Of a stretch of 64,000 bases of DNA, positions 38,390-49,990 are shown piece after piece. The notes below the pieces were generated by a model. That model was not told the DNA's origin. It searched no databases and saw only the letters and a program-made list of their open reading frames with translations. How positions within the stretch are numbered: position 1 is the stretch's first letter; each line of letters begins with the position of its first letter. The stretch is from Torpedo marmorata. Lineage: Eukaryota. The stretch covers positions 108,934,001-108,998,000 of the forward strand of contig OZ360229.1 of the NCBI GenBank assembly GCA_977017645.1. The letters run 5' to 3'. The position numbers were made by a program, and so were the translations under genes.

Positions 38390-40660
38390 ACCTGCACAAT
38401 GCCCTGGTTAGATCGTACCTGGAGTACTGAGAGCAGGACAGCTTTTGAAGGATATGTGGGCCTTAACCAGATTGCAATCAATATTTATTTGAAAGCATCT
38501 GATTTCAGGGGCTAACCTACAGAGAAAGAGTACAAAAACCATACTTTGATTCTCTTGAATTTTATGTAGTGATTTGATGGATTTTCAAAATGTTCAGAGG
38601 AACTGACTGAGTTTACAGAGAGCAGGCTGATTGGGAAATTTGAAATTTGGAGCCACAGTCCAAAGAGTGAAGCTAGGCATCAAAGGATTTAGTTCAGATT
38701 CACTTCCATGGATTGTGGTAGAAATTTGGAATATCTTTTCACAGATTGACATTTGATGCAAAATCAATTGATACATCTCAATTTTAAGTTCTCAGACTTT
38801 TTTGTTGACCAAAAGTGAGAAGCAGAAACTGCCTGAACTAAAACATTATTTAATGGTGGGATTAGCTTTTGGCGCTGAATGGTTCCTCTTCTTACATGGT
38901 TGGCACCAGGTTCTGCCAATGTCTACGTTGAGTCATGTGATATTAACCTGAGCAATGTTAACGGCATCACAATTGACCTCTGTTCAGCGATATGTAAAAT
39001 TAGCAAGACTTGCATAACTTGACACAATTATGTATTTTTCTGCATGTTCATGCTTCAGTAATGGTCAGGAGGATAATTCACCCAATCCCAGCAGCTGTCA
39101 ATATCTACAGGATGGAAACTATTTGGAGAGTACATTTGAATAAAAATAGCTAATGACAATACTTTTATTTTTATTTCTTTGGGATGGAGGGCAAGAGGAT
39201 GAGGGTGTTTGCTGGCTGATGAAATTATCAGGGTTGTTGATGTTTCCATTTAACATCGGAAATGCTGTGTTCTTCTGACCAAGCACAACAGCTGAACAGG
39301 GATTGAAATGGTGGATGGCTTTTGCCTGAATAATTCCTTGTTTTGAAAACAAACTATTTGCGAGGCAGGGATGAATCACAAGAAGTAGAAGCAGACTCGC
39401 TTTGAGGATGTTGAAAACTGACTGTGAAACTTAAAGAGAGCATGAAAATGTTCTGTGCACTCATTGTGAGACCATATTTAATGGGAGATTAGGTCAGGGA
39501 ATTTCTGAGCCCAAGTCCCTGATGGGGAACAGAGTTAATCCTATAATTTCAGGTTTTTTTTAATACGTGGTAGAACTGAGCTCAGATGGACAACTTGGCC
39601 AACATGGATGAGTTGGGCTGAAGGGCCCGTTTCAATACTGCACAGCTCTATGATTCTTGATTTATGGAAGAAAATCCCATTAAAGTCGAAGCATTACATT
39701 AGATATCATTTGAAGGGCTGTCGTTAAAGGTGACTGGTTTTGTTAACTTGGGAATATGGGGAGAATTAAATGGGGTGAGTGTAGGATTGGTGCAAATTGT
39801 TGGCATGGATTCAGTGGGCTGAGAACCCTGTTTCTGCACTGTACGACTCCATGACTAATTAAACATGTCCTTAAGTTAAAACAAGTGAGCTTGGAAGAAA
39901 ACAGGTGTTAGATGGAAAATTCTGTCCTCCTGGGGTGATGAGCAATGGAAAACAACAGCTTCCAAGCAGCTACCAGAAGTGTCACTGAAGCACTGACTGC
40001 GCAGCATTCTGCTATGACCTTTTCAACAGAGCTATTTCTAAAGAGTGATGGACAGATAAAATTCTACAATGTGGTGAATAGAGAGCTTGTGACTGTTTTG
40101 AATATCACCAAGCTAAGAAACCTTGACTGCTTGGGTTTGAAATGTGTCAATCTGATTATGCTAAGCAATTTTGTGTAGGCATCCAACAAACACATTGCAT
40201 TTTAATTGATCAACAATATTACTGTTGACAGCTAACAAAATTAATTCCAAACATACTGAGCTTTGGTTCCTCATTCACTGCAGACACTGAAGCAAGATTT
40301 TGTTCCTGATGCAGATCAAGTCCACAGCATAACTCATCAATTTTCCCACCTGCTCAGAACATGAGGCTGTTTCCATCATTCTCACTGCTGCCTACAGTGT
40401 TAAACATTAAATCAGAGACACCATGAACATTTGTATTTCAATGCTTAGTTACCAGGTTTTCACTTGCTACCATTGCATGCTCCATGTTTTTTGCACAGAA
40501 TTGCATACAGAAACAATTTGAGATGTAAATAGTCATAACCGATTGTTCGTCTCCAATTTTCGGATGCAGAATTGAAAGGTGTAGCTGACAGAAGGTTTGT
40601 TTAATCGTAGAGCAGCAGGTGGTGCCCTCATCTTAGTGCTACTCTCCACTCAAAGAAATC

Positions 40661-42325
40661 ATCAGAATCAGAATCAGAATTTATTGTCATGAACAAATCA
40701 TGAAATTCGGTGTTTTGCGGCAGCATCATTGTGCAATTAACATTCATATTAACCATCTAACGACATTACTATAAAAAATTATAAACAATAGTGCACGAAA
40801 AGTAAGGCAGTGTCTTTGGTTCATTGATTATTCAGGAATCTGATGGCAGCGGGGAAGAAGCTGTCCTTGTGCCGTTGAGTGCTCGTCTTTAGGCTCCTGT
40901 ACCTTTTTCCCGATAGAAGCAGAGTGAAGAGGGCATGGCCTGGGTGGTGGGGGTCTTTGAGGATAGAGGCTGCTTTTTTAAGACACCACCTCATGTAGAT
41001 GTCCTCGATGGAGTGAGGTTTGGTGCCTGTGATGTCACAGGCCGAGTTAAAAACTCTCTGGAGTTTACTCTTGTCCTGGGAGTTGGCAGCTCCATACCAG
41101 GCAGTGATGCAACCAGCCTGAATGCTCTCCACGGTACACCTGTAGAAGTTTACGAGAGTCTTTGGTGACATACCGAATCTCCGCAGACTCCTCACAAAGT
41201 ATAGCCGCTGACGAGCCTTCTTTGTGATTGCATCAACGTGGATGCTCCAGGACAGATCCTCGGAGATGTTGACACCCAGGAATTTGAAGTTCTTGACCCT
41301 CTCCACAACTGAGCCCTCGATGAGGACTGGGTCGTGTTCCTCATCCCCTGACTTCCTCCTGAAGTCCACAATCATCTCCTTGGTTTTGCTGACGTTGAGC
41401 TCAAGGTTGTTGCCATTACACCATTCAACGAGCTGATCTATCTCCCTCCTGTACGCTTCCTCATTGCCGTTTGTGATTCTGCCGACAACTATGGTGTCAT
41501 CGGCAAACTTGTAGTTGGCATTGGAATTGTGCCTAGCCACACAGTCATGGGCGTATAACGAGTAGAGCAGTGGACTAAGCACGCATCCTTGGGGTGCGCC
41601 TATGTTGATAATCAGTGAGGAGGAGACATTGTTTCCAATTCGTACTGACTGTGGTCTTCCAATGAGAAAGTCAAGGATCCAGTTGCAGAGTGGGGTACAG
41701 AGGCCAAGAGTTTGTAGCTTCTTGACGAGCACTGAGGGAATAATGGTATTGAAGGCTGAGCTGTAGTCGATGAAGAGCAGCCGTATGTATGAATTGCTGT
41801 TTTCGAGGTGATCCAGAGCTGAGTGGAGAGCCAGCGATATTGCATCTGCTGTGGAGCGATTGTGGCGATAGGCGAATTGCAGTGGGTCCAGATCTTTGCT
41901 TAGGTATGTGTTAATTCTGGCCATGACCAGCCTCTCAAAGCATTTCATCACAGTAGAAGTTAGTGCTACTGGGCGGTAGTCGTTGAGGCAGCCCACACTA
42001 CTATTCTTGGGTACCGGGAATGATTGATGCCCTTTTGAAGCAGGTGGGAACCTCTGACTGCCGCAATGAGAGGTTGAAAATGTCCGTGAACACTCCGGCT
42101 AGTTGGTTGGCACAGATTTTCAAAACCCTGCCAGGTACGCCGTCAGGGCCTGATGCCTTGCGAGGGTTCACCCTCTTGAATGATATTCTGACGTCGCCCT
42201 CAGAGACAGATATCACAGGGTCCTCAGCCTTTTCAGGGATTCTAGAAGGCACTGTTTTGTTCTTCTTCTCAAAGCGGGCATAGAAGGTGTTCAGCTCATC
42301 GTGTAGTGAAGCATCACAGCCATCA
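40661..42325 (-). mobile_element. Young 5'-truncated Rex1/Babar LINE
   Basis: RT ORFs 42001-42345 and 40821-41996 are separated by one frameshift, with a (TTCTGA)n tail at 40661-40680. Confidence 0.93.
40821..41996 (-). CDS. Rex1/Babar reverse transcriptase (truncated, frameshifted from 42001-42345)
   Basis: Motifs [50 protein letters not shown] and FKFLGV. Confidence 0.9.
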   Translation of the reverse strand: MGCLNDYRPVALTSTVMKCFERLVMARINTYLSKDLDPLQFAYRHNRSTADAISLALHSALDHLENSNSYIRLLFIDYSSAFNTIIPSVLVKKLQTLGLCTPLCNWILDFLIGRPQSVRIGNNVSSSLIINIGAPQGCVLSPLLYSLYAHDCVARHNSNANYKFADDTIVVGRITNGNEEAYRREIDQLVEWCNGNNLELNVSKTKEMIVDFRRKSGDEEHDPVLIEGSVVERVKNFKFLGVNISEDLSWSIHVDAITKKARQRLYFVRSLRRFGMSPKTLVNFYRCTVESIQAGCITAWYGAANSQDKSKLQRVFNSACDITGTKPHSIEDIYMRWCLKKAASILKDPHHPGHALFTLLLSGKRYRSLKTSTQRHKDSFFPAAIRFLNNQ

Positions 42326-43450
42326 AAAGTGTTCAATGTAATCAATGTTTATGCATTGATTTGGGGGGTTAATTTAAAGTATTTTTTACCATTCTGCTTG
42401 GAGGTATTTAGATTGGCTATATAGCAAAATATATATAGGTTGCAGGGTGAATTCTAAGTGCTGATAAACCAGACTGAAATTTACTACAAAAAGTCTATTG
42501 TTGTACAACCATTGAATAATTACTCCAACAAAACTGTGATCTGAACGCCCACTGTGCTAATTAGCATGGTTCAAATTAATTTCTGTGTGAGATACGATTA
42601 AATGGCTAATGTATTTTCCAGCAACACTCTCACTCCTAGCAACATGAAATTCCAACCAGTAGATTTTTCCCCAGTAATCTAATTTTCATGATTCAAAATG
42701 TTGTGGATCTTGGATATTTCCATGTCAAGTACAATGAATGACCGGTGCATTTTATATCTGTAGGGATATAATCCAATTTAAGCATCCACCTAACTTGGTA
42801 TTCATTCTTTTGACAATCAGAATATCCACATGAGAACACAATGTGTGTTGTTCAAATGCTCCACTATCACAGACCTTTCCTTTGCCTCTCCACCACTCTC
42901 CTTCCTTCACAAGTCAAAATTTGTTTGTGTTCTAGTTCTTTTTAGTTTTGGTAAAAAGTCATCGATCGGAAATGTTAACCCTTCATTGATGTTGCCTGGT
43001 GCAAGGAGAAATGCACAAATTTTCAATTAAAAAAAGAAATCTTTGAATATTTTCAGACAAAGTGATAAAAATCAACAATCATGGCAAAAAAAAAATTCAA
43101 AGATATCAAATATAATATCCAAAAGTAAACACGAAAATCTGTAGACACCGTGGTTAGAGTAAAAAACACAAAAGCTGGAGAACTCAGCAGGTCAAACAGT
43201 GTCTTTTATGTAGCAAAGGTAGAAATACATAACCGACGTTTCAGGCTTGAGCCCTTCAAAGTATGAGAAAATGCCGGCAGATGTCCGAACAAAGGAGTGA
43301 GGGGGGAAGGGGGGTGGCAAAGGCAGGAGATAATAGGTGGAGAAAGGAGGGAGGGGACAGTAGCAAAGAGGGGGAGGAGGGATGGCTGGGTAGCTGGAGA
43401 AACACAGGAAGGACAGGTGAGGGGGGAGGGGAAGGGAACAACAAGCAGGT

Positions 43451-45631
43451 TTAGTGGAAAGCAGAAAAGTCAATGTTAATTCCATCTGGCTGGAGAGTGC
43501 CGAGACGGAATATGAGATGTTGTTCCTCCAGTTTGCGGGTAGTCTGGGTGGGATAGTACATGAGGCCATGGACAGACATGTGAGTGTGGGAGTGTGACCC
43601 AGAATTGAAATGGTTGGCCACTGGGAGGTCGCTGTTGTTGCGAACCGAGCGGAGGTGCTGAGCGAAGCGATCTCCCAATCTACGACCGGTCTCTCCAATG
43701 TATAGAAAGCCACAAAGGGAGCACCGGATGCAGTAAATAAGTCCTCTGGATGTACAAGTGAAGTGTTGCTTCACTTGGAAGGCCTGTTTGGGGCGCTGGA
43801 CCGTGGTGAGGGGGGAGGTGTGGGCGCAGGTGTTGCACCTCCTGCGGGCACAGGGGAAGGTTCCGGGGGTGCGATGGGTGGGGAGGGACGAGTGCACGAG
43901 TGAATCACGGAGGGAGCGGTCCCTACGGAAGGCCGAGAGGGGAGGAGAAGGAAAAATGTGTCTGGTGGTGGGATCCTGCAGCAAGTGCCGGAAATTCCGG
44001 CGGATAATGTGTTGGATGCGGAGGCTGGTGGGGTGGTAGGTGAGGATGAGGGGTATTCTATGTTTGTTGTGTCTGGGGGCAGAGGGGGCCAGGGCAGATG
44101 AGTGGGAAATGGAGGAGATGCGGGTGAGGGCTGAGTTGATGGTGGTGGAGGGGAAGCCACGTTTGTGGAAAAAGGCAGACAGTTCAGAAGATCTGGACTG
44201 GAAGACCTCATCTTGGGAACAGATGCGGCGGAGGCGGAGAAATTGAGAGAAGGGGATGGAGTCCTTGCAGGGGACAGGGTGTGAGGAAGTGTAGTCCAGA
44301 TAGTTGTGGGAGTTGGAGGGTTTGTAGTAAATGTCGGTGGAAAGCTTGTCTCCCGAGATGGAGACAGAGAGATCCAGGAAGGGGAGAGTGTTATCGGAGA
44401 TGGACCAGGTGAGTTTGAGATCGTGGTGAAAGTTGGATGCGAAGTGGATGAAGTTGACAAGCTCATCGTGGGTGCATGAGGCAGCCCCGATGTAGTCGTC
44501 GATATACCGGAGGAAGAGATGAGGGGTCTTGACTGTGTAGGCTTGCAGCATGCATTGCTCCACAAAGCCCACAAACAGGCAGGCGTAGCTGGGACCCATG
44601 CGGGTACCCATGGCTACTCCTTTGATTTGGAGGAAGTGGGATGAGTTGAAGGAGAAGTTATTGAGAGTAAGGACAAGTTCTGCCAGGCGGAGGAGGGTGG
44701 TGGTAGAGGGTGACTGGTCGGGTCTTTGGTCCAGGAAGAAGCGAAGTGCTTTCAGACCTTCTGTGTGGGGGATAGAGGTACAAAGCGATTGGACATCCAT
44801 GGTGAAGATGATGCGTTCCGGTTCAGGGAATCTGAAGTCATTGAGGAGATGGAGGGCATGTGAGGTGTCGCGGATGTAGGTGGGGAGGGATTGGACCAGG
44901 GGAGAAAAGATGGAGTCCAGGTAAGATGAAACTCGTTCGGTGGGGCAGGAGCAGGCAGAAACAATGGGTCTGCCCGGATGGTTGGGTTTGTGTATCTTGG
45001 GTAGAAGGTAGAAACGGGCAGTGCGGGGGTGGGGGAGAATGAGGTTGGTGGCCATGGAGGGGAGGTGACTGTAGGTGATGAGGTCGGAGATGGTGTTGGA
45101 GACAGTGGCTTGATGTGCTGTGGTGGGATTCTGTGGGAGGGGTCGGTAGGAGGAGGTGTCTGAGAGTTGTCGACTGACCTCGGCAAGGTAGAGGTCAGTG
45201 CGCCAGACCACAACCGCACCGCCCTTGTCTGCGGGTTTGATGGTGAGGTTGGGATTGTTGTGGAGAGAGTGGAGGGCAGAGCGTTCTGAGGAGGTGAGGT
45301 TGGAATACGAGAGGGGGGTGGTGAAGTTGAGACGGTTGATGTCTCGGCGGCAGTTGGAAATAAAAAGGTCCAGAGCGGGCAGCTGGCCAGGGCGGGGTGT
45401 CCAGGAAGAGGAAGAAGGCTTGAAGCGGGAGAAAGGGTCTTGGGTGGGGGGTGGTGAATCACGGTCATGGAAGTGAGCACGGAGGCGGAGGCGACGGAAG
45501 AAGAGTTCGGCATCATGGCGTGCGCGGAACTCGTTGAGGTGTGGGCGGAGGGGGACGAAGGTGAGGCCTCTACTGAGGACGGAGCGCTCCGTCTCAGAGA
45601 GGGGAAGGTCGGAGGGGATAGTAAACACCAA
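43451..45631 (-). CDS. Penelope-like RT + Cys-rich linker + GIY-YIG endonuclease (probably 5'-truncated)
   Basis: Motifs IKPADKGG, TMDVQSL, QIKGVAMGTRMGPSYA, RYIDD, FPCARRRCNTC linker and LIYCIRCSLCGFLYIGETGR. The ORF is uninterrupted. Confidence 0.92.
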   Translation of the reverse strand: MVFTIPSDLPLSETERSVLSRGLTFVPLRPHLNEFRARHDAELFFRRLRLRAHFHDRDSPPPTQDPFSRFKPSSSSWTPRPGQLPALDLFISNCRRDINRLNFTTPLSYSNLTSSERSALHSLHNNPNLTIKPADKGGAVVVWRTDLYLAEVSRQLSDTSSYRPLPQNPTTAHQATVSNTISDLITYSHLPSMATNLILPHPRTARFYLLPKIHKPNHPGRPIVSACSCPTERVSSYLDSIFSPLVQSLPTYIRDTSHALHLLNDFRFPEPERIIFTMDVQSLCTSIPHTEGLKALRFFLDQRPDQSPSTTTLLRLAELVLTLNNFSFNSSHFLQIKGVAMGTRMGPSYACLFVGFVEQCMLQAYTVKTPHLFLRYIDDYIGAASCTHDELVNFIHFASNFHHDLKLTWSISDNTLPFLDLSVSISGDKLSTDIYYKPSNSHNYLDYTSSHPVPCKDSIPFSQFLRLRRICSQDEVFQSRSSELSAFFHKRGFPSTTINSALTRISSISHSSALAPSAPRHNKHRIPLILTYHPTSLRIQHIIRRNFRHLLQDPTTRHIFPSPPLSAFRRDRSLRDSLVHSSLPTHRTPGTFPCARRRCNTCAHTSPLTTVQRPKQAFQVKQHFTCTSRGLIYCIRCSLCGFLYIGETGRRLGDRFAQHLRSVRNNSDLPVANHFNSGSHSHTHMSVHGLMYYPTQTTRKLEEQHLIFRLGTLQPDGINIDFSAFH

Positions 45632-45841
45632 GCAGGGGTTAGAGTGGGGATCGGTGTTGTGGAGGGTGTTGGGGGGAGGGGGAGGGTTGGGGAGGTCAGA
45701 GGGGGGAGGTAGAGGGTGGGGGAGGTTGGAGGGAGGGGGAGGGGGGTCGGAGGGGGGAGGTGGGGGGTAGGGGAGGTGGGAGGGTGGGAGAGGGGGGTAG
45801 GGAGGGTAGCCAGAGAGAGGGGGGGATGGAGGGAAGGGAAG

Positions 45842-47410
45842 GCCCGTTTCTACCTTCTACCCAAGATACACAAACCCAACCAACCGGGCAGACCCATTGT
45901 TTCTGCCTGCTTCTGCCCCACCGAACGAGTTTCATCTTACCTTGACTCCATCTTTTCTCCCCTGGTCCAATCCCTCCCCACCTACATCCGCGACACCTCA
46001 CATGCCCTCCATCTCCTCAATGACTTCAGATTCCCTGAACCGGACCGCATCATCTTCACCATGGATGTCCAATCCCTTTATACCTCCATCCCCCACACAG
46101 AAGGTCTGAAAGCACTTCGCTTCTTCCTGGACCAAAGACCCGACCAGTCACCCTCTACCACCACCCTCCTCCGCCTGGCAGAACTTGTCCTTACTCTCAA
46201 TAACTTCTCCTTCAACTCATCCCACTTCCTCCAAATCAAAGGAGTAGCCATGGGTACCCGCATGGGTCCCAGCTACGCCTGCCTGTTTGTGGGCTTTGTG
46301 GAGCAATGCATGCTGCAAGCCTACACAGGCAAGACCCCTCATCTCTTCCTCCGGTATATCGACGACTACATCGGGGCTGCCTCATGCACCCACGATGAGC
46401 TTGTCAACTTCATCCACTTCGCATCCAACTTTCACCACAATCTCAAACTCACCTGGTCCATCTCCGATAACACTCTCCCCTTCCTGGATCTCTCTGTCTC
46501 CATCTCGGGAGACAAGCTTTCCACCGACATTTACTACAAACCCTCCAACTCCCACAACTATCTGGACTACACATCCTCACACCCTGTCCCCTGCAAGGAC
46601 TCCATCCCCTTCTCTCAATTTCTCCGCCTCCGCCGCATCTGTTCCCAAGATGATGTGTTCCACTCCAGATCTTCTGAAATGTCTGCCTTTTTCCACAAAC
46701 GTGGCTTCCCCTCCACCACCATCAACTCAGCCCTCACCCGCATCTCCTCCATTTCCCGCTCATCTGCCCTGGCCCCCTCTGCCCCCAGACACAACAAACA
46801 TAGAATACCCCTCATCCTCACCTACCACCCCACCAGCCTCCGCATCCAACACATTATCCGCCGGAATTTCCGGCACTTGCTGCAGGATCCCACCACCAGA
46901 CACATTTTTCCTTCTCCTCCCCTCTCGGCCTTCCGTAGGGACCGCTCCCTCCGTGATTCACTCGTGCACTCGTCCCTCCCCACCCATCGCACCCCCGGAA
47001 CCTTCCCCTGTGCCCGCAGGAGGTGCAACACCTGCGCCCACACCTCCCCCCTCACCACGGTCCAGGGCCCCAAACAGGCCTTCCAAGTGAAGCAACACTT
47101 CACTTGTACATCCAGAGGACTTATTTACTGCATCCGGTGCTCCCTTTGTGGCTTTCTATACATTGGAGAGACCGGTCGTAGATTGGGAGATCGCTTCGCT
47201 CAGCACCTCCGCTCGGTTCGCAACAACAGCGACCTCCCAGTGGCCAACCATTTCAATTCTGGGTCACACTCCCACACTCACATGTCTGTCCATGGCCTCA
47301 TGTACTATCCCACCCAGACTACCCGCAAACTGGAGGAACAACATCTCATATTCCGTCTCGGCACTCTCCAGCCAGATGGAATTAACATTGACTTTTCTGC
47401 TTTCCACTAA
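45842..47410 (+). CDS. Penelope-like RT + GIY-YIG, 5'-truncated second arm
   Basis: Same protein from ARFYLLPKIHK onward, with no stops. The first ~42 aa of the listed 564-aa ORF come from the G-rich junction. Confidence 0.9.
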   Translation, partial: ARFYLLPKIHKPNQPGRPIVSACFCPTERVSSYLDSIFSPLVQSLPTYIRDTSHALHLLNDFRFPEPDRIIFTMDVQSLYTSIPHTEGLKALRFFLDQRPDQSPSTTTLLRLAELVLTLNNFSFNSSHFLQIKGVAMGTRMGPSYACLFVGFVEQCMLQAYTGKTPHLFLRYIDDYIGAASCTHDELVNFIHFASNFHHNLKLTWSISDNTLPFLDLSVSISGDKLSTDIYYKPSNSHNYLDYTSSHPVPCKDSIPFSQFLRLRRICSQDDVFHSRSSEMSAFFHKRGFPSTTINSALTRISSISRSSALAPSAPRHNKHRIPLILTYHPTSLRIQHIIRRNFRHLLQDPTTRHIFPSPPLSAFRRDRSLRDSLVHSSLPTHRTPGTFPCARRRCNTCAHTSPLTTVQGPKQAFQVKQHFTCTSRGLIYCIRCSLCGFLYIGETGRRLGDRFAQHLRSVRNNSDLPVANHFNSGSHSHTHMSVHGLMYYPTQTTRKLEEQHLIFRLGTLQPDGINIDFSAFH

Positions 47411-47595
47411 ACCTGCTTGTTGTTCCCTTCCCCTCCCTCCTCACCTGTCCTTCCTGTGTTTCTCCAGCTACCCAGCCATCCCTCCTCCCCCTCTTTGCTA
47501 CTGTCCCCTCCCTCCTTTCTCCACCTATTATCTCCTGCCTTTGCCACCCCCCTTCCCCCCTCACTCCTTTGTTCGGACATCTGCCGGCATTTTCT

Positions 47596-47636
47596 CATAC
47601 TTTGAAGAAGGGCTCAAGCCTGAAACGTCGGTTATG
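47596..47636 (+). ncRNA. Minimal type I hammerhead ribozyme motif of Penelope
   Basis: catac-tTTGAAGA-aGGGCTcaAGCCT-GAAACGTC-ggttatg contains the core, stem II, palindromic ACGT stem III and stem I. Confidence 0.6.
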
Positions 47637-48510
47637 TATTTCTACCTTTGCTACATAAAAGACACTGTTTGACCTGCTGAGTTCTCCAGCTTTTGTGTTT
47701 TTAAATATAATATCCATGTTAACATTCAAAGGAAAAATTGTGATAATATTAAGGGCTGAAAATTTATAGGAGCAGTGAATAATAATAAAAGGCAGGAAAT
47801 GTTATTTGTTCAGAATGATCAAAATGGCCTTTATATTAAGGACATAACAGCAAGAAAAATTATTGACCAGAAGTGGTTTTATTTTCCAGTTTAGTCGTTT
47901 GCACTTGACTGATCATTTGAGTTTGACCGTGATTCTCACCCCTCTTAAAACCATTGATAATTTGATAATATTTACTGCCATTTATCGATGACTGAATGGT
48001 TCATTCTGCTACCGACTGCACATTGCTGACATCAATACCACACTGTGGCTTAAGAATAAGATCCACGTTAATTCACTTAAAAATGATTTATTTTTCACAA
48101 AGCAGGGAAAAGTACCAGCAAAGTAGAATTTAATGGAAAATATTCTCTTTTCACCATTTTTTTCATCATTTTCAATGTTTCTTTCTTTAAATTGTTGTTT
48201 TTGTGGACCATTGTTCCAATCTGACCACCATCTTGAGCGAAAAGCTCAATTATACATGTGTAAACCTCAACCTGTCATGTTATTAGGCATGTCAATAATG
48301 TGGCACAACATGAACAAGCAAAGTTCACCTTCTGTCAATGTACTTTTAGTAGGAATTGCAGTCTAATGATTGGGACAGGATCTCAAAGTTAATTTCCCAC
48401 TGCCCAGTGGAAGAAGATCATGTTTGAGCCACGAGTACTCAATTTGAAATCAGATAACTCTCCACTAACTGTAAAATGAATCTTGTTTCTACCTTAATCA
48501 AAATGGTTCA

Positions 48511-49990
48511 GTCCCAGCTACGCCTGCCTGTTTGTGGGCTTTGTGGAGCAATCCATGCTGCAAGCCTGCACAGGCAAGACCCCTCATCTCTTCCTCCGTT
48601 ATATCGACGACTACATCGGGGCTGCCTCATGCACCTGCGATGAGCTTGTCAACTTCATCCACTTCGTATCCAACTTCCACCACGATCTCAAACTCACCTG
48701 GTCCATCTCCGATAACACTCTCCCCTTCCTGTATCTCTCTGTCTCCATCTCGGGAGACAAGCTTTCCACCGACATTTACTACAAACCCTCCAACTCCCAC
48801 GACTATCTGGACTACACTTCCTCACACCCTGTCCCCTGCAAGGATTCCATCCCCTTCTCTCAATTTCTCCGTCTCCGCCGCATCTGTTCCCAAGATGAGG
48901 TCTTCCAGTCCAGATCTTCTGAAATGTCTGCCTTCTTCCACAAACATGGCTTCCCCTCCACCACCATCAACTCAGCCCTCATCCCGCATCTCCTCCATTT
49001 CCCGCTCATCTGCCCTGGCCCCCTCTGCCCCCAGACGCAACAAACATAGAATTCCCCCTCATCCTCACCTACCACCCCACCAGCCTCCGCATCCAACACA
49101 TTATCCGCCAGAATTTCCGGCACTTACTATAGGATCCCACCACCAGACACATTTTCCTTCTCCTCCCCTCTCGGCCTTCCGTAGTGACTGCTCCCTCTGC
49201 GATTCACTCGTGCACTCATCCCTCCCCACCCATTGCACCCCCGGCACCTTCCCCTGTGCCTGCAGGAGGTGCAACACCTACGCCCACACCTCCCCCCTCA
49301 CCATGGTCCAGGGCCCCAAACAGGCCTTCCAAGTGAAACTACACTTCACTTGTACATCCAGAGAACTTACTTACTGCATCCGGTGCTCCCTTTGTGGCTT
49401 TTTCTACATCGGAGAGACCGGTCGTAGATTCGGAGACCGCTTTGCTGAGCACCTCCTCTCCGTCTGCAACAACAGCGACCTCCCAATAGCCAACCATTTC
49501 AATTCCGGGTCACACTCCCACACTCACATGTCTGTCCATGGCCTTATGTACTATCCCACCCAGACTACCCGCAAATTGGAGGAACAACATCTCATTTTCC
49601 GTCTCGGCACTCTCCAGCCAGATGGCATTAACATTGACTTTTCTGCTTTCCACTAAACCTGCTTGTCGTTCCCTTCCCCTCCCCCCTCACCTGTCCTTCC
49701 TGTTTTTCTTCACCTACCCAGCCATCCCTCCTCCCCCTCTTTGCTGCTGTCCCCTCCCTCCTTTCTCCACCTATCATCTCCTGCCTTTGCCACCCCCCTT
49801 CCCCCCTCACTCTTTTGTTCGGACGCCTGCCGGCATTTTCTCATACCTTGATGAAGGGCTCAAGCCCGAAACGTCGGTTATGTATTTCTACCTTTGCTAC
49901 ATAAAAGACACTGTTTGACCTGCTGAGTTTCTCCAGCATTTGTGTTTTTTACTTCAACCACGGTGTCTACAGATTTTCGTGTTTTACTTT
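48511..49990 (+). mobile_element. Third, older 5'-truncated Penelope copy (monomer, frameshifted)
   Basis: Same family as 45842-47702, with frameshifts near 48980-49150. Direct repeat TGGTTCAGT at 48504-48512 and 49991-49999. Confidence 0.92.
49842..49882 (+). ncRNA. Minimal type I hammerhead ribozyme motif of Penelope
   Basis: CATACC-TTGATGA-A-GGGCTcaAGCCC-GAAACGTC-GGTTATG. Predicted cleavage after GUC at 49875. Confidence 0.7.

Larger units (their letters stand above)
37090..38900 (+). mobile_element. Old CR1-type LINE hosting a nested hAT MITE and a solo LTR
   Basis: Degenerate CR1 RT sequence (aaaatgtgaggccatt; gaagttatgctggac...gccctggttagatcgtacctggagtactg) continues across the insertions. 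Confidence 0.6.
43122..47702. mobile_element. Tails-out inverted Penelope (Neptune-type) dimer, single insertion
   Basis: Minus arm 43122-~45841 and plus arm 45842-47702. TSD AAATATAATATCCA at 43108-43121 and 47703-47716. Confidence 0.93.

Noticed and set aside
45716-45841. Gly/Arg-rich N-terminus of the 564-aa ORF as an RGG domain
   Set aside because: It is the antisense reading of the other arm's C-rich segment at the junction, and there is no ATG start.
43771-47090. Ser/Pro/Thr-rich 254-267-aa ORFs
   Set aside because: They are alternative frames of the C-rich Penelope ORF.
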